The notes below the pieces were generated by a model. The model was not told the origin of the DNA. It did no database searches and worked only from the letters and a program-made list of their open reading frames with translations. Positions 41,034 to 49,347 of a stretch of DNA of 51,704 nucleotides are shown here, piece after piece. This DNA comes from Anaerovibrio lipolyticus (lineage in GTDB: Bacteria > Bacillota > Negativicutes > Selenomonadales > Selenomonadaceae). Within the stretch, counting starts at the first letter, position 1; each line of letters begins with the position of its first letter. Location of the stretch: assembly GCF_002372665.1 (NCBI RefSeq), contig NZ_DFHJ01000047.1. One strand, written 5' to 3'. The position numbers and the translations under genes were made by a program.

Positions 41034-42200
41034 TTATTCCAAAAATATTTCTTTTCCTGCACAAAATGTTATAGTTATATGAACATTTTCATCAAAAACT
41101 GTAATATCTGCCATTTTGCCGACCTCTATAGAGCCTAAATCCTTTTCCATGCCAATGGCCCTGGCCGGAGTTCTGGTGGCACATTCCACAGCCTGCCATA
41201 CAGGAATATGAATATTTTGGGCATAGTTATATATAGCTTTATCCATAGTGAGCACACTGCCGGCAATGGTACCATCCTCAAGAACAGCCCTTTGTCCCTT
41301 AACAAAAACCTTCTGACCTCCCAGCTCCGATTCTCCATCCCCAAGGCCACAGGCCCGCATGGAATCCGTAATCAGCACCGTCCGTTCCGTTCCCTTTACC
41401 CGATGAACTATTCGCTGGGCCCCCGGGGCCACATGGATATTATCTGCTATCAGCTCGCAGAAGGCATCGGAATCAAAGGCTGCCCCCACCACTCCGGGCT
41501 TGCGGTGATGAAGTCCCGTCATAGCGTTAAAAAGATGGGTAATATGAGTTGCACCCTGAGTATTGATGGCATTTATGGCGCAGTCATAATCTGCCGCAGT
41601 ATGCCCCAAGGACACCCTTATACCAGCATCACGGCATTTACTTATAAAATCACTGCCGGCCGGAAGCTCCTCAGGGGCGATGGTTATAAGTTTTATTACG
41701 TCACTGTATTCTTTTATGAGCTCAAAATCGGCCTTTCTAATATGGGACGCCTTCTGGGCTCCCTTGTAACATTCACTTATAAACGGCCCTTCCATATTGA
41801 CCCCCAGAATTCTGGCCCCCTCCCTGTAGGATACAGCCTGACGAACCAGATTAAGTGCCTCATACACCTTGGGCATGTCATAGGTCATGGTGGTGGGCAG
41901 CATGGAGGTTACCCCTGTAGATGCCTGAAAAACAGCCATACGACGAAGCCCCATTTCCCGGCAATCCATCGTATCCGAGCCTACACAGCCGTGGATATGA
42001 AGATTTATAAATCCAGGGGACACATACTGTCCCTGGGCGTAATATACTTCCTCAAAGGAGCTTCTGTCCCGCGCAACAAAATCTGCCTTGTCAATTATTT
42101 CAAGTATTCTATCTTCAAATATAACTACCTTGTCCTGTTCCACCAGAAAGTTGCCATTTGGCCCTGGGGTAATCAGTTTGCCATTAACAATTGCCTTCAT
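41034..42200 (-). CDS. nagA: N-acetylglucosamine-6-phosphate deacetylase
   Basis: PGFINLHIHG, EGPF, GHT, THLFNAM, TDS and IAGS motifs. Confidence 0.95.
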   Translation of the reverse strand: MKAIVNGKLITPGPNGNFLVEQDKVVIFEDRILEIIDKADFVARDRSSFEEVYYAQGQYVSPGFINLHIHGCVGSDTMDCREMGLRRMAVFQASTGVTSMLPTTMTYDMPKVYEALNLVRQAVSYREGARILGVNMEGPFISECYKGAQKASHIRKADFELIKEYSDVIKLITIAPEELPAGSDFISKCRDAGIRVSLGHTAADYDCAINAINTQGATHITHLFNAMTGLHHRKPGVVGAAFDSDAFCELIADNIHVAPGAQRIVHRVKGTERTVLITDSMRACGLGDGESELGGQKVFVKGQRAVLEDGTIAGSVLTMDKAIYNYAQNIHIPVWQAVECATRTPARAIGMEKDLGSIEVGKMADITVFDENVHITITFCAGKEIFLE

Positions 42201-42316
42201 ATTTTCACCTTAATTTTTACCATGTTATGTTATAATAAAACCCATCAAATAATGTTTGTCATTGAATAACAAATAATATAATTAAAATATATCACGATAT
42301 AGGAGGATTTTCTATT

Positions 42317-42982
42317 ATGAAGGGATCTGAAATTCTTGCCCATGTGGACCACACATTGTTGAAGCCAACAGCCACCTGGGAACAAATCAGGGAGCTGTGC
42401 CAAGAGGCCATTAGCTGCAAAACCGCCTCTGTTTGTATTCCTGCCAGCTATGTAGCACCTGTTCACAAGGAATTTGGAGATAAGCTCAATATCTGTACTG
42501 TTATTGGTTTTCCTTTGGGCTATGACAGCAAGGAAGCAAAAATCACTGCCGCTGAACAGGCCATAAAAGATGGTGCAAAAGAAGTTGATATGGTCATCAA
42601 TATTACGGATGCCAAAAATGGAAGCTTTGAAAAAATCACCGGAGAAATTGCTGAAATCAAAAAGGCTGTGGGAGATAATATCCTGAAGGTCATTATCGAG
42701 GCCTGCTACCTTACAGATGATGAGAAGAAGTCACTCTGCAAATGTGTTACTGATGCCAAAGCGGATTTTATAAAGACCTCCACCGGATTCGGCACCGGGG
42801 GAGCCACCCATGAGGATATTAAGCTCTTTGCCGCCCACATTGGTCCAAATGTAAAGATGAAGGCTGCAGGCGGTATTCGCACATTAGAGGACATGAAACA
42901 GTATCTGGCTGAGGGCTGTGAACGCATCGGTGCCAGTGCTGCTGTTGGGCTTCTAAAGGATAAGATGGATTCAGAGGTTTAA
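42317..42982 (+). CDS. deoC: Deoxyribose-phosphate aldolase
   Basis: DHTLLKP, GFPLG, KVIIE, KTSTGF and KAAGGIR motifs. Confidence 0.97.
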   Translation: MKGSEILAHVDHTLLKPTATWEQIRELCQEAISCKTASVCIPASYVAPVHKEFGDKLNICTVIGFPLGYDSKEAKITAAEQAIKDGAKEVDMVINITDAKNGSFEKITGEIAEIKKAVGDNILKVIIEACYLTDDEKKSLCKCVTDAKADFIKTSTGFGTGGATHEDIKLFAAHIGPNVKMKAAGGIRTLEDMKQYLAEGCERIGASAAVGLLKDKMDSEV

Positions 42983-42985
42983 TAA

Positions 42986-43188
42986 AAGTGGCGAGGTCGT
43001 TGCCTATAGCACGAATCCATCGCTAAAATTTTTTCTTCTCCTCATATAGTGAAAAAAATTACAACTCGCTTCGTCCTTATAGGACTTCGCTCAAACAAGT
43101 AATTTTTTCCACTAATATATAAGTACGATAAGAAAAAATTTCTTTACGCTCTGGCTTCAACTGCTCTAGTCAATCGACCTCGCCACTT
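42986..43188. repeat. Structured intergenic repeat family A, copy 3
   Basis: Core AACTCGCTTCGTCCTTATAGGACTTCGCTCAAACA (43063-43097); outer IR AAGTGGCGAGGTCG/CGACCTCGCCACTT. Confidence 0.88.
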
Positions 43189-43210
43189 CCTTAAACAATA
43201 ATCCAACTAA

Positions 43211-43264
43211 AAAAAGACAGGTAAGAATTCTGAGGTTGCCTCAAAGCTCTCTACCTGTCTTTTT
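43211..43264. terminator. Bidirectional terminator
   Basis: AAAAAGACAGGTA/TACCTGTCTTTTT hairpin between convergent genes. Confidence 0.7.
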
Positions 43265-43274
43265 CTTATTCAGC

Positions 43275-43595
43275 TTAATCCAAGGTTGGGTGAGCCTTGA
43301 CGTACTCCACTGGCCGGCTCCAGTCCACGTGAACCTCAGTGTTTTCCCATAATCTGGTGAGCACGGTTTGGAAGCTCTTTACGTCTGCTAAAGGATCGAA
43401 GGTCTCCTCGGTAAAGTCCAGCAATGACTCGTGAGGTACCTTGATTACATGCTTCTCGCTGAGGAACTTCTCAGCATCAGCCACGGCCTTTTCATCATCC
43501 AAAAATACCTTTACGGTCTTAGCCTCGGTATCATATTCTACCCAGCCATTAACTCCACGACAGCTTACTGCTACGCTATATATTTTATCTTCCAT
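43275..43595 (-). CDS. Hypothetical protein
   Basis: 106 aa ORF, RBS AAGGGAG, downstream terminator. Confidence 0.78.
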   Translation of the reverse strand: MEDKIYSVAVSCRGVNGWVEYDTEAKTVKVFLDDEKAVADAEKFLSEKHVIKVPHESLLDFTEETFDPLADVKSFQTVLTRLWENTEVHVDWSRPVEYVKAHPTLD

Positions 43596-43679
43596 TTTAT
43601 TTCTCCCTTAAAATATATTCAAAATTAACTACTCACATTGACGTTAATATTATACTACAAAAGTCAATTTTGGCTAGCA

Positions 43680-44288
43680 CTAATTCAGCTTTGAATCGGA
43701 GGTGTATACAGCCACCTTTTTGAAGTAACGATTATTTATCTCCATTACCTCCTGGGCTGGCATACGATAAAACTTTACACGGCCGGCCTCCAGTGGCTTT
43801 GGCAATCCGGAAGGCTTGGATATCTCAATCCAACGATACGGTGCAGGATTGCCCTCCTCATCCTCGTCGTAATAAAGGGTATCCTCCGGACGCGGTTCCT
43901 CTGTGCCATCACACATTGGAAAATTCAGCTTGATCTGCTCAATAAACATAAGGCAGGTTTCCTCGGACATATCCAAGGTCCCTTCCTTGGTTTCATCATC
44001 ACCATTATAGGCTGCAATAAAAATAGCCTTTCCCCAAATAATCTGGTCACTGTCAGCACCAGGGAAGCGGCGGTTTGGCTTCATTCCCAGAGCTGCCGCC
44101 AAGTCATTAACCAGAATAAACAGGGAAATACCCGGCTGAATCTGGAAAAATTCCACAGCACCATAGTTGCCCTCCAGGGTATCCTTGATGGCCTCATCAT
44201 GAGGACCGTGAGCTGCTGGAAGCTTGATAATAGACGGGTCCTTGCCTGGTTCAATCAATATGGCACGCATCAACTGCTGGTTACTCAT
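43680..44288 (-). CDS. DUF3846-like protein
   Basis: AILIEPGK.P, LVND..LGMKPNR and IWGKAIFI pattern; RBS AGGAAG. Confidence 0.7.
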   Translation of the reverse strand: MSNQQLMRAILIEPGKDPSIIKLPAAHGPHDEAIKDTLEGNYGAVEFFQIQPGISLFILVNDLAAALGMKPNRRFPGADSDQIIWGKAIFIAAYNGDDETKEGTLDMSEETCLMFIEQIKLNFPMCDGTEEPRPEDTLYYDEDEEGNPAPYRWIEISKPSGLPKPLEAGRVKFYRMPAQEVMEINNRYFKKVAVYTSDSKLN

Positions 44289-44445
44289 CTTTGTTTATCT
44301 TCCTTCCTAAATTTCAGCTTCTTTTGGTATTTTTTTCTACATATAAAAAAAAGATTCTACTTTGTATGCTATTTTATATATAGTAACTATAATTTTACAA
44401 CACTATTCTTTAATCTTACCCACCTTTTAACCATTTTGTCAAGTC

Positions 44446-44474
44446 TTGTTATTCCCCTGAACCTATGGTATTAT
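44446..44474 (+). promoter_or_regulatory. Sigma-A promoter of the 6S RNA gene
   Basis: TTGTTA-N17-TATTAT with extended TGn, 6 nt before the predicted RNA 5' end. Confidence 0.7.
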
Positions 44475-44480
44475 ACAGCT

Positions 44481-44670
44481 AAAGAGGGATAATCTTCTTT
44501 GACCGTAGCTTCCATTCATCGTCTAACCGACTCTTTTTCATAGGGGAATCTGATTTTGTGCAGCAGATGCTGGATCGTCTCCGAACGAATAGCAGAACCT
44601 GTTACTTAGGATACCCACTTTAACATACAGGTTTAGCCTGTTGGACTACGGCATATGCGGACCCCGCTTT
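44481..44670 (+). ncRNA. ssrS: 6S RNA
   Basis: About 190 nt rod. Closing stems AAAGAGGGAT/ACCCCGCTTT and CCGTAGCTTCCA/TGGACTACGG; U-rich central bubble before GGGGAATC; GGATACCCAC..AGGTT..ACGGCA as in Firmicute 6S RNAs. Has its own promoter and terminator. Confidence 0.8.
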
Positions 44671-44672
44671 CG

Positions 44673-44711
44673 AGGAGCTGTTACTTCGGTAGCAGCTCCT
44701 TTCTTGTTTTT
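44673..44711 (+). terminator. Intrinsic terminator of the 6S RNA gene
   Basis: AGGAGCTGTTAC-TTCG-GTAGCAGCTCCT followed by a T-rich tract. Confidence 0.85.
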
Positions 44712-44717
44712 ATACAG

Positions 44718-46046
44718 TTAATTTTCCTTATCTTCATGAGCCATATTCTTTTTTCTGTCCTGGGACATACGGCGGATAGCCTCCCGCATCTGAGCCACAT
44801 TTTCCTCCACGGAAAGCTCAGGGAAAAATGCCCGTACAGCATAAATCTGTTCCTCATTGTTATTGGCCACCACCACACTGACACGGTCACCCATAATGCG
44901 CTTCACCTGATGCATAACAAGACGCAGATGCTCCGAATCCGTCAAAAGGATATATTTATTGGCAATGTCACTATGGGCTGCATTGACGATTTCCTCCACT
45001 GATGGCCCTGAAGGATCACTGCCGTCAATAATAACCATAGCCCCGGCCTCCTGAAGCTTCTGGGCCCATTCATCATTTTCCGCCACAGTCAACAGAGCCT
45101 GTGGCATAATGCAGGCCTGCTGCACCATGGCCATGGCATGAGGCTCCGCCATAATGTTAATATGAATCTCTCCCACATGCCCCCAGGCAACAGCCCGTTC
45201 CAGAATAGTGCCGGGATGCTCGGAATGAACATGTATGAATATTGTCTTAAAACGGCGTTCCACCACCACAAAGTTGCCGATCTCCTGAAGCTCTTTCTCG
45301 ATAATAGGAACTGACAGCTTGGGATTTGCCACCAAAAAGCTGACACAATAAGGACGGGCCTTATCATGAATAGGGCTTACGATTCCCCGGGCTTCATACA
45401 TTTTTCTTCCAACATCAATTGGAGGCAAATTCAAATCGCCCTGTAGTCCCTTTAAACAGCCCTCCAAAAATACCTGCAGAATCTGCTCACCACAATCCTT
45501 ATGGGAAGATTTATTTTCGCTGCTGGCCTTTATGGCCGCCAAAAGAATATCACTGATATGCTTGCCGGATTTCACTGCATCATGGGCACCCTTGGCCACC
45601 ACCTTGGAGGCCACTATTATAGGACGGTTCTTTTCCTCGGGCACAGCCTTTTGGGCGTAGAGAATACCATACTGAAACGCCTTGCCAAACTCCTGGGAGG
45701 TGGCAGTGTATTTTCCTATAAGCCCCTTGGCAAGCCCCCTCAAAATTTGGGAAACAATAACCCCCGCATTTCCACGGGCACCCAAAACGGACGCGTCTGC
45801 AACGCGCCTGGCCAAGCCACCAATACTCTCATTTACTGCCTCGGTCAAAGGAATCACCGCCGCCCCCATGGTGCGCAAAACGTCGGAGCCCGGCTTTCCG
45901 GAGTAGAAAAATGTAGAGGATTCTTTTACAGCATTTATATTTTCAAACTCGTTGAGAAACTCCCCATAAGCACCCAAAACCATGCGCTTATAGTCACTTC
46001 CCGTTATCATTTCGCCTGTATTATCGTTATCAATCGTGTCTGCCAT
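44718..46046 (-). CDS. DAK2-domain protein (FakA/YloV-like, divergent)
   Basis: GARGNAGVIVSQILRG and IHVHSEHPG motifs; the N-terminal DGDTG motif is absent. Confidence 0.82.
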   Translation of the reverse strand: MADTIDNDNTGEMITGSDYKRMVLGAYGEFLNEFENINAVKESSTFFYSGKPGSDVLRTMGAAVIPLTEAVNESIGGLARRVADASVLGARGNAGVIVSQILRGLAKGLIGKYTATSQEFGKAFQYGILYAQKAVPEEKNRPIIVASKVVAKGAHDAVKSGKHISDILLAAIKASSENKSSHKDCGEQILQVFLEGCLKGLQGDLNLPPIDVGRKMYEARGIVSPIHDKARPYCVSFLVANPKLSVPIIEKELQEIGNFVVVERRFKTIFIHVHSEHPGTILERAVAWGHVGEIHINIMAEPHAMAMVQQACIMPQALLTVAENDEWAQKLQEAGAMVIIDGSDPSGPSVEEIVNAAHSDIANKYILLTDSEHLRLVMHQVKRIMGDRVSVVVANNNEEQIYAVRAFFPELSVEENVAQMREAIRRMSQDRKKNMAHEDKEN

Positions 46047-46312
46047 TTTTAGCTAATGCCTCCATAAAGCATAATGACTTTATTCTCTCATTCAAAATCA
46101 TATATAACTCGATGAAAAATGTCCACCATCTCGTTGCGATACCACTAGGAATATTTTTCCTTTTTTAAAATGTAAAGGAAAAATTAGAACAAATACGTTA
46201 TAATAAGGTTATGTTTTGTAAATCAAAAAAAGGAATCTACTGTGTTATTCGCGAAATATTCGAATAAACCTTTTTTATCACCTTTAAATTTTGAATAAAT
46301 GAGGACAATACA

Positions 46313-48985
46313 ATGGCAAAATCAGTCAATAAAGAGACTATCAAAGACACCACAGAAGTTGCAGAAAACAAGGTAACCACCAGAAGCTCCAGAGCTGGCA
46401 GAGCAGCCAAAAAAACTGCTACAGCCCAAACTGTTGAAATCCCTGAACCAGCTGAGGAAAGCAAAATTATTTCCCAAGCTGAGGAAACAGCAGAAGCTGA
46501 TGATACCGAAGCTGCAGAAAGCACCAAGAAAACCAGAAAAACCACCCGTGGCAAAGCTACTAAAAAACGGGGTACAAAAAAGAAAACTGCCGAGCCGAGG
46601 AAGGAACGGAAGGAGCGTATCTTTGCTCTGGATATTGGTACCAGAAGCGTTATTGGTATCGTAGCCGAAAAGGAAGCCAACGGTCTTAAAATCGTGGCCA
46701 CCGAGCGTCAGGAGCATAAAACCCGTGCCATGCTGGACGGACAGATTCACGATGTTCCCCAAGTAGCCGAAATCATTGATAATGTAAAAAAGGCTCTGGT
46801 TAAGCGTACCGGTCCTCTTAAGAGTGCTGCCGTGGCTGCTGCCGGCCGTGCCCTTTACACCATGACTGCGGATGCTGACATGGAAATCAATGGTATTATT
46901 ACCCCGGAGCAGGAAAGAGCACTGGATTTTGCTGGTGTGCAGGCTGCCCAGGCCAAGCTGGCGGCTTCCAAGACAATTGATGATCCTACCAAATATTACT
47001 GTGTTGGCTACAGCACTATAAAATATGATTTGGATGGTACCCAGTTAAAGACTCTGGTAGGACAGCGCGGACGTATAGCCAACGCTACAGTTATTGCCAC
47101 CTTCCTGCCCCGTCAAGTCATTGACTCCATGCACTCAGCTCTCCAGGCTACCAAGCTGGATATGCGGGCACTTACCTTGGAGCCAATTGCCGCCATCAAT
47201 GTACTGATTCCTCCTACCATGCGCCACCTGAATCTGGTGCTGGTGGATGTGGGAGCGGGCACTTCGGACGTGGCCATTACCAAAAACGGCTCTGTTATTG
47301 CCTATGGTATGGTACCACAGGCCGGTGATGAGATCACTGAAGCCATTTCCCAGCGATTCCTTCTGGACTTTAACGTTGCCGAGCAATTAAAACGGGATGC
47401 TGCTCACGGCAAGGATGTTCATTTTACCGATATTTTAGGGGCAGAATACGATCTTTCCGCCAAGGATGTGCTGGAGCCAGTTCTGCCAAACATCAAAAAT
47501 CTGGCAGATGCTATTGCCAAACAGGTTATGGAGCTGAATGGCAGCGACCAGCCGCAGGCCGTTATTATGGTAGGTGGCGGTTCCCTTACTCCACACCTTG
47601 CGGATTATGTTGGGGAAATTTTAGGACTGGCTCCTGGCCGTGTGGCAGTGCGCCATCCTGAGAAGATCGATGGAATCAACGAAATCCCGGATGAACTGAA
47701 GCTGCCAGATGCAGTTACTCCATTGGGCATTTTGAAGGTAGCCGCCCTTACTTCCCTGCATTTCCTTAAAATATACGTAAATAATGACGAGTACAGCCTC
47801 TTTAATTTCCGTGAACTCACCGTTTCCGATGCCCTTTTAAATGCGGGTATTCAGCTGAAAAAGATGAACGGTCGTCCCGGTCTGGGTGTTATGCTCACCG
47901 TTAATGGGGAAAATAAATTCATTCCTGGCACCATGGGTACCATGGCCCAGCTTAATCTTGACGGTCGTCCTGCTACTTTGGACACTGTGGTTAAGGAAGA
48001 CAGCCACATTGAGATTATCCAGGGGAAGGACGGCACCCAGCCAGAGGTTACTATCAATGACGTACTGGAGATTCCGCCTTCCTACACTGTTTATATAAAT
48101 GGTGAGGAACGCCATATCGATGCCCAGTTCACCATTAACGGCCAGCCGGCAGAACCAGGTCAGCTCCTTAAGGACGGGGATATTATTACCAGCAAGGACA
48201 CCCGCCTGTTAGGTGAGGTGCTGAATTCCCTGAATATGCCACCTATGGGGCGCAAAATAAAATACACCCTTAACGGCAAGGAGTCACAGTTCACTGTGTC
48301 CCCTACAATTTTGCTGAATGATAATCCTGCTACCCTCTCCACAGAGGTACACGAAAATGATTACATCGAATACATTGAATCCGAGGAACCAAAGCTGGGC
48401 AATGTACTGAACGTATCCGAGCTGGATGCAACTCTGGTTATCTACTACGAGGGACAGGAGCATAAGATTCCTTCTGCCACTGTTTCTCTGGAGGTAAATG
48501 GGCATCCTGCCAGCACCGGAACCATTATTGATGACGGAGCTGAGGTAAGGTACATGAAGTCCCTCAGGGCAACCACCACCATCAGTGATGCACTGCTGGC
48601 TGTGGGCTTCCAGCCACCAGCCGCTTCCTCCAGAAAGACCTTTACCATTCTGGTGAACAACCAGCCGGTGAACTTCACCGATCCTATCAAGAACGGTGAC
48701 ACATTGGAGGTTATTATTTCCGATATAGAGTCTCATCGCAACTCTGCAGCGGGAAATGCTGAAAAGGGTGCTTCCACTGCAGCTGAGGCCCCTACAAAGC
48801 CACAGCTGGATGCCAATGGCATGCCCGTATCCCCAACTGAGGGCACCTTTACAGCACCACCAATGACTGAGGCAGCCAAGCGGGATCAGGAAAGACTGGC
48901 GGATAAGATTAACAGTATTCCAGGACTCAGCGCAGCTCTAAACAGCTCCAGAAACAGCACCAAGAGTCCTTTCCTGGATGATTAA
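46313..48985 (+). CDS. FtsA/PilM-like actin-fold ATPase with C-terminal beta-grasp-like repeats
   Basis: ALDIGTRS, GQIHD, LEPIAA, VDVGAGTSD, AEQLK and VGGGS motifs; low-complexity N-terminus; repeated NG-x-PA..D/NGD units. Confidence 0.88.
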   Translation: MAKSVNKETIKDTTEVAENKVTTRSSRAGRAAKKTATAQTVEIPEPAEESKIISQAEETAEADDTEAAESTKKTRKTTRGKATKKRGTKKKTAEPRKERKERIFALDIGTRSVIGIVAEKEANGLKIVATERQEHKTRAMLDGQIHDVPQVAEIIDNVKKALVKRTGPLKSAAVAAAGRALYTMTADADMEINGIITPEQERALDFAGVQAAQAKLAASKTIDDPTKYYCVGYSTIKYDLDGTQLKTLVGQRGRIANATVIATFLPRQVIDSMHSALQATKLDMRALTLEPIAAINVLIPPTMRHLNLVLVDVGAGTSDVAITKNGSVIAYGMVPQAGDEITEAISQRFLLDFNVAEQLKRDAAHGKDVHFTDILGAEYDLSAKDVLEPVLPNIKNLADAIAKQVMELNGSDQPQAVIMVGGGSLTPHLADYVGEILGLAPGRVAVRHPEKIDGINEIPDELKLPDAVTPLGILKVAALTSLHFLKIYVNNDEYSLFNFRELTVSDALLNAGIQLKKMNGRPGLGVMLTVNGENKFIPGTMGTMAQLNLDGRPATLDTVVKEDSHIEIIQGKDGTQPEVTINDVLEIPPSYTVYINGEERHIDAQFTINGQPAEPGQLLKDGDIITSKDTRLLGEVLNSLNMPPMGRKIKYTLNGKESQFTVSPTILLNDNPATLSTEVHENDYIEYIESEEPKLGNVLNVSELDATLVIYYEGQEHKIPSATVSLEVNGHPASTGTIIDDGAEVRYMKSLRATTTISDALLAVGFQPPAASSRKTFTILVNNQPVNFTDPIKNGDTLEVIISDIESHRNSAAGNAEKGASTAAEAPTKPQLDANGMPVSPTEGTFTAPPMTEAAKRDQERLADKINSIPGLSAALNSSRNSTKSPFLDD

Positions 48986-49008
48986 TATTTAGGAAAGCGC
49001 TGATTGGG

Positions 49009-49037
49009 AGAAAAATCCATGGGGTATGGATTTTTCT
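49009..49037 (+). terminator. Hairpin after the FtsA-like gene
   Basis: AGAAAAATCCAT-N5-ATGGATTTTTCT. Confidence 0.55.
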
Positions 49038-49067
49038 AAACAAATGCGTTATAATAAGGAATTGAGC

Positions 49068-49141
49068 GCGGGCGTAGTTCATCGGTAGAATGGAAGCTTC
49101 CCAAGCTTTAGAGGGGGGTTCGATTCCCCTCGCCCGCTCCA
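49068..49141 (+). tRNA. tRNA-Gly (CCC)
   Basis: Acceptor stem GCGGGCG/CGCCCGC, anticodon loop TTCCCAA, GGTTCGATTCC T-arm, discriminator T and encoded CCA. Confidence 0.97.
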
Positions 49142-49153
49142 GAAAAAATTGAG

Positions 49154-49185
49154 GCCCTATGACAGAAAATGTCATAGGGCATTTT
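49154..49185 (+). terminator. tRNA terminator
   Basis: GCCCTATGACA-N5-TGTCATAGGGC followed by ATTTT. Confidence 0.75.
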
Positions 49186-49285
49186 GTGTGCCAGACATAA
49201 GCAAAAATTTCAAAATCTACTCTGAGCAGGAGAATGAGAGCGAAAAAGAAAAATGTAGCTGATATTATCAAAAATAATGTATAAT

Positions 49286-49322
49286 AAGTTGAAGTTGATT
49301 TCATTGAAAGCATTTTCAACTT
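49286..49322. promoter_or_regulatory. 37-bp imperfect palindrome, putative operator of the ATPase gene
   Basis: AAGTTGAAGTTGATTTCA-T-TGAAAGCATTTTCAACTT (15 of 18 pairs Watson-Crick) directly after TATAAT (49280-49285). Confidence 0.55.
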
Positions 49323-49347
49323 AAATCCTAATGGGCAGGTGAATACA

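Noticed and set aside
41208-42269. Long antisense ORFs (353 aa here; also 23993-24808, 25415-26131, 29249-29938 and the ORFs within 97-1326)
   Set aside because: They are shadow frames of well-supported genes (nagA, hemL, hemB, hemA, nrdD) and have no recognisable motifs.
23109-43097. CRISPR repeats (35-nt partly palindromic core)
   Set aside because: Copies are kilobases apart, the flanks are self-complementary arms rather than spacers, and there are no cas genes.
46244-46267. TTATTCG-N-CGAATAA dyad in the DAK2/FtsA-like divergent promoter
   Set aside because: Short, in AT-rich DNA and seen once; it cannot be told from chance without comparative data.
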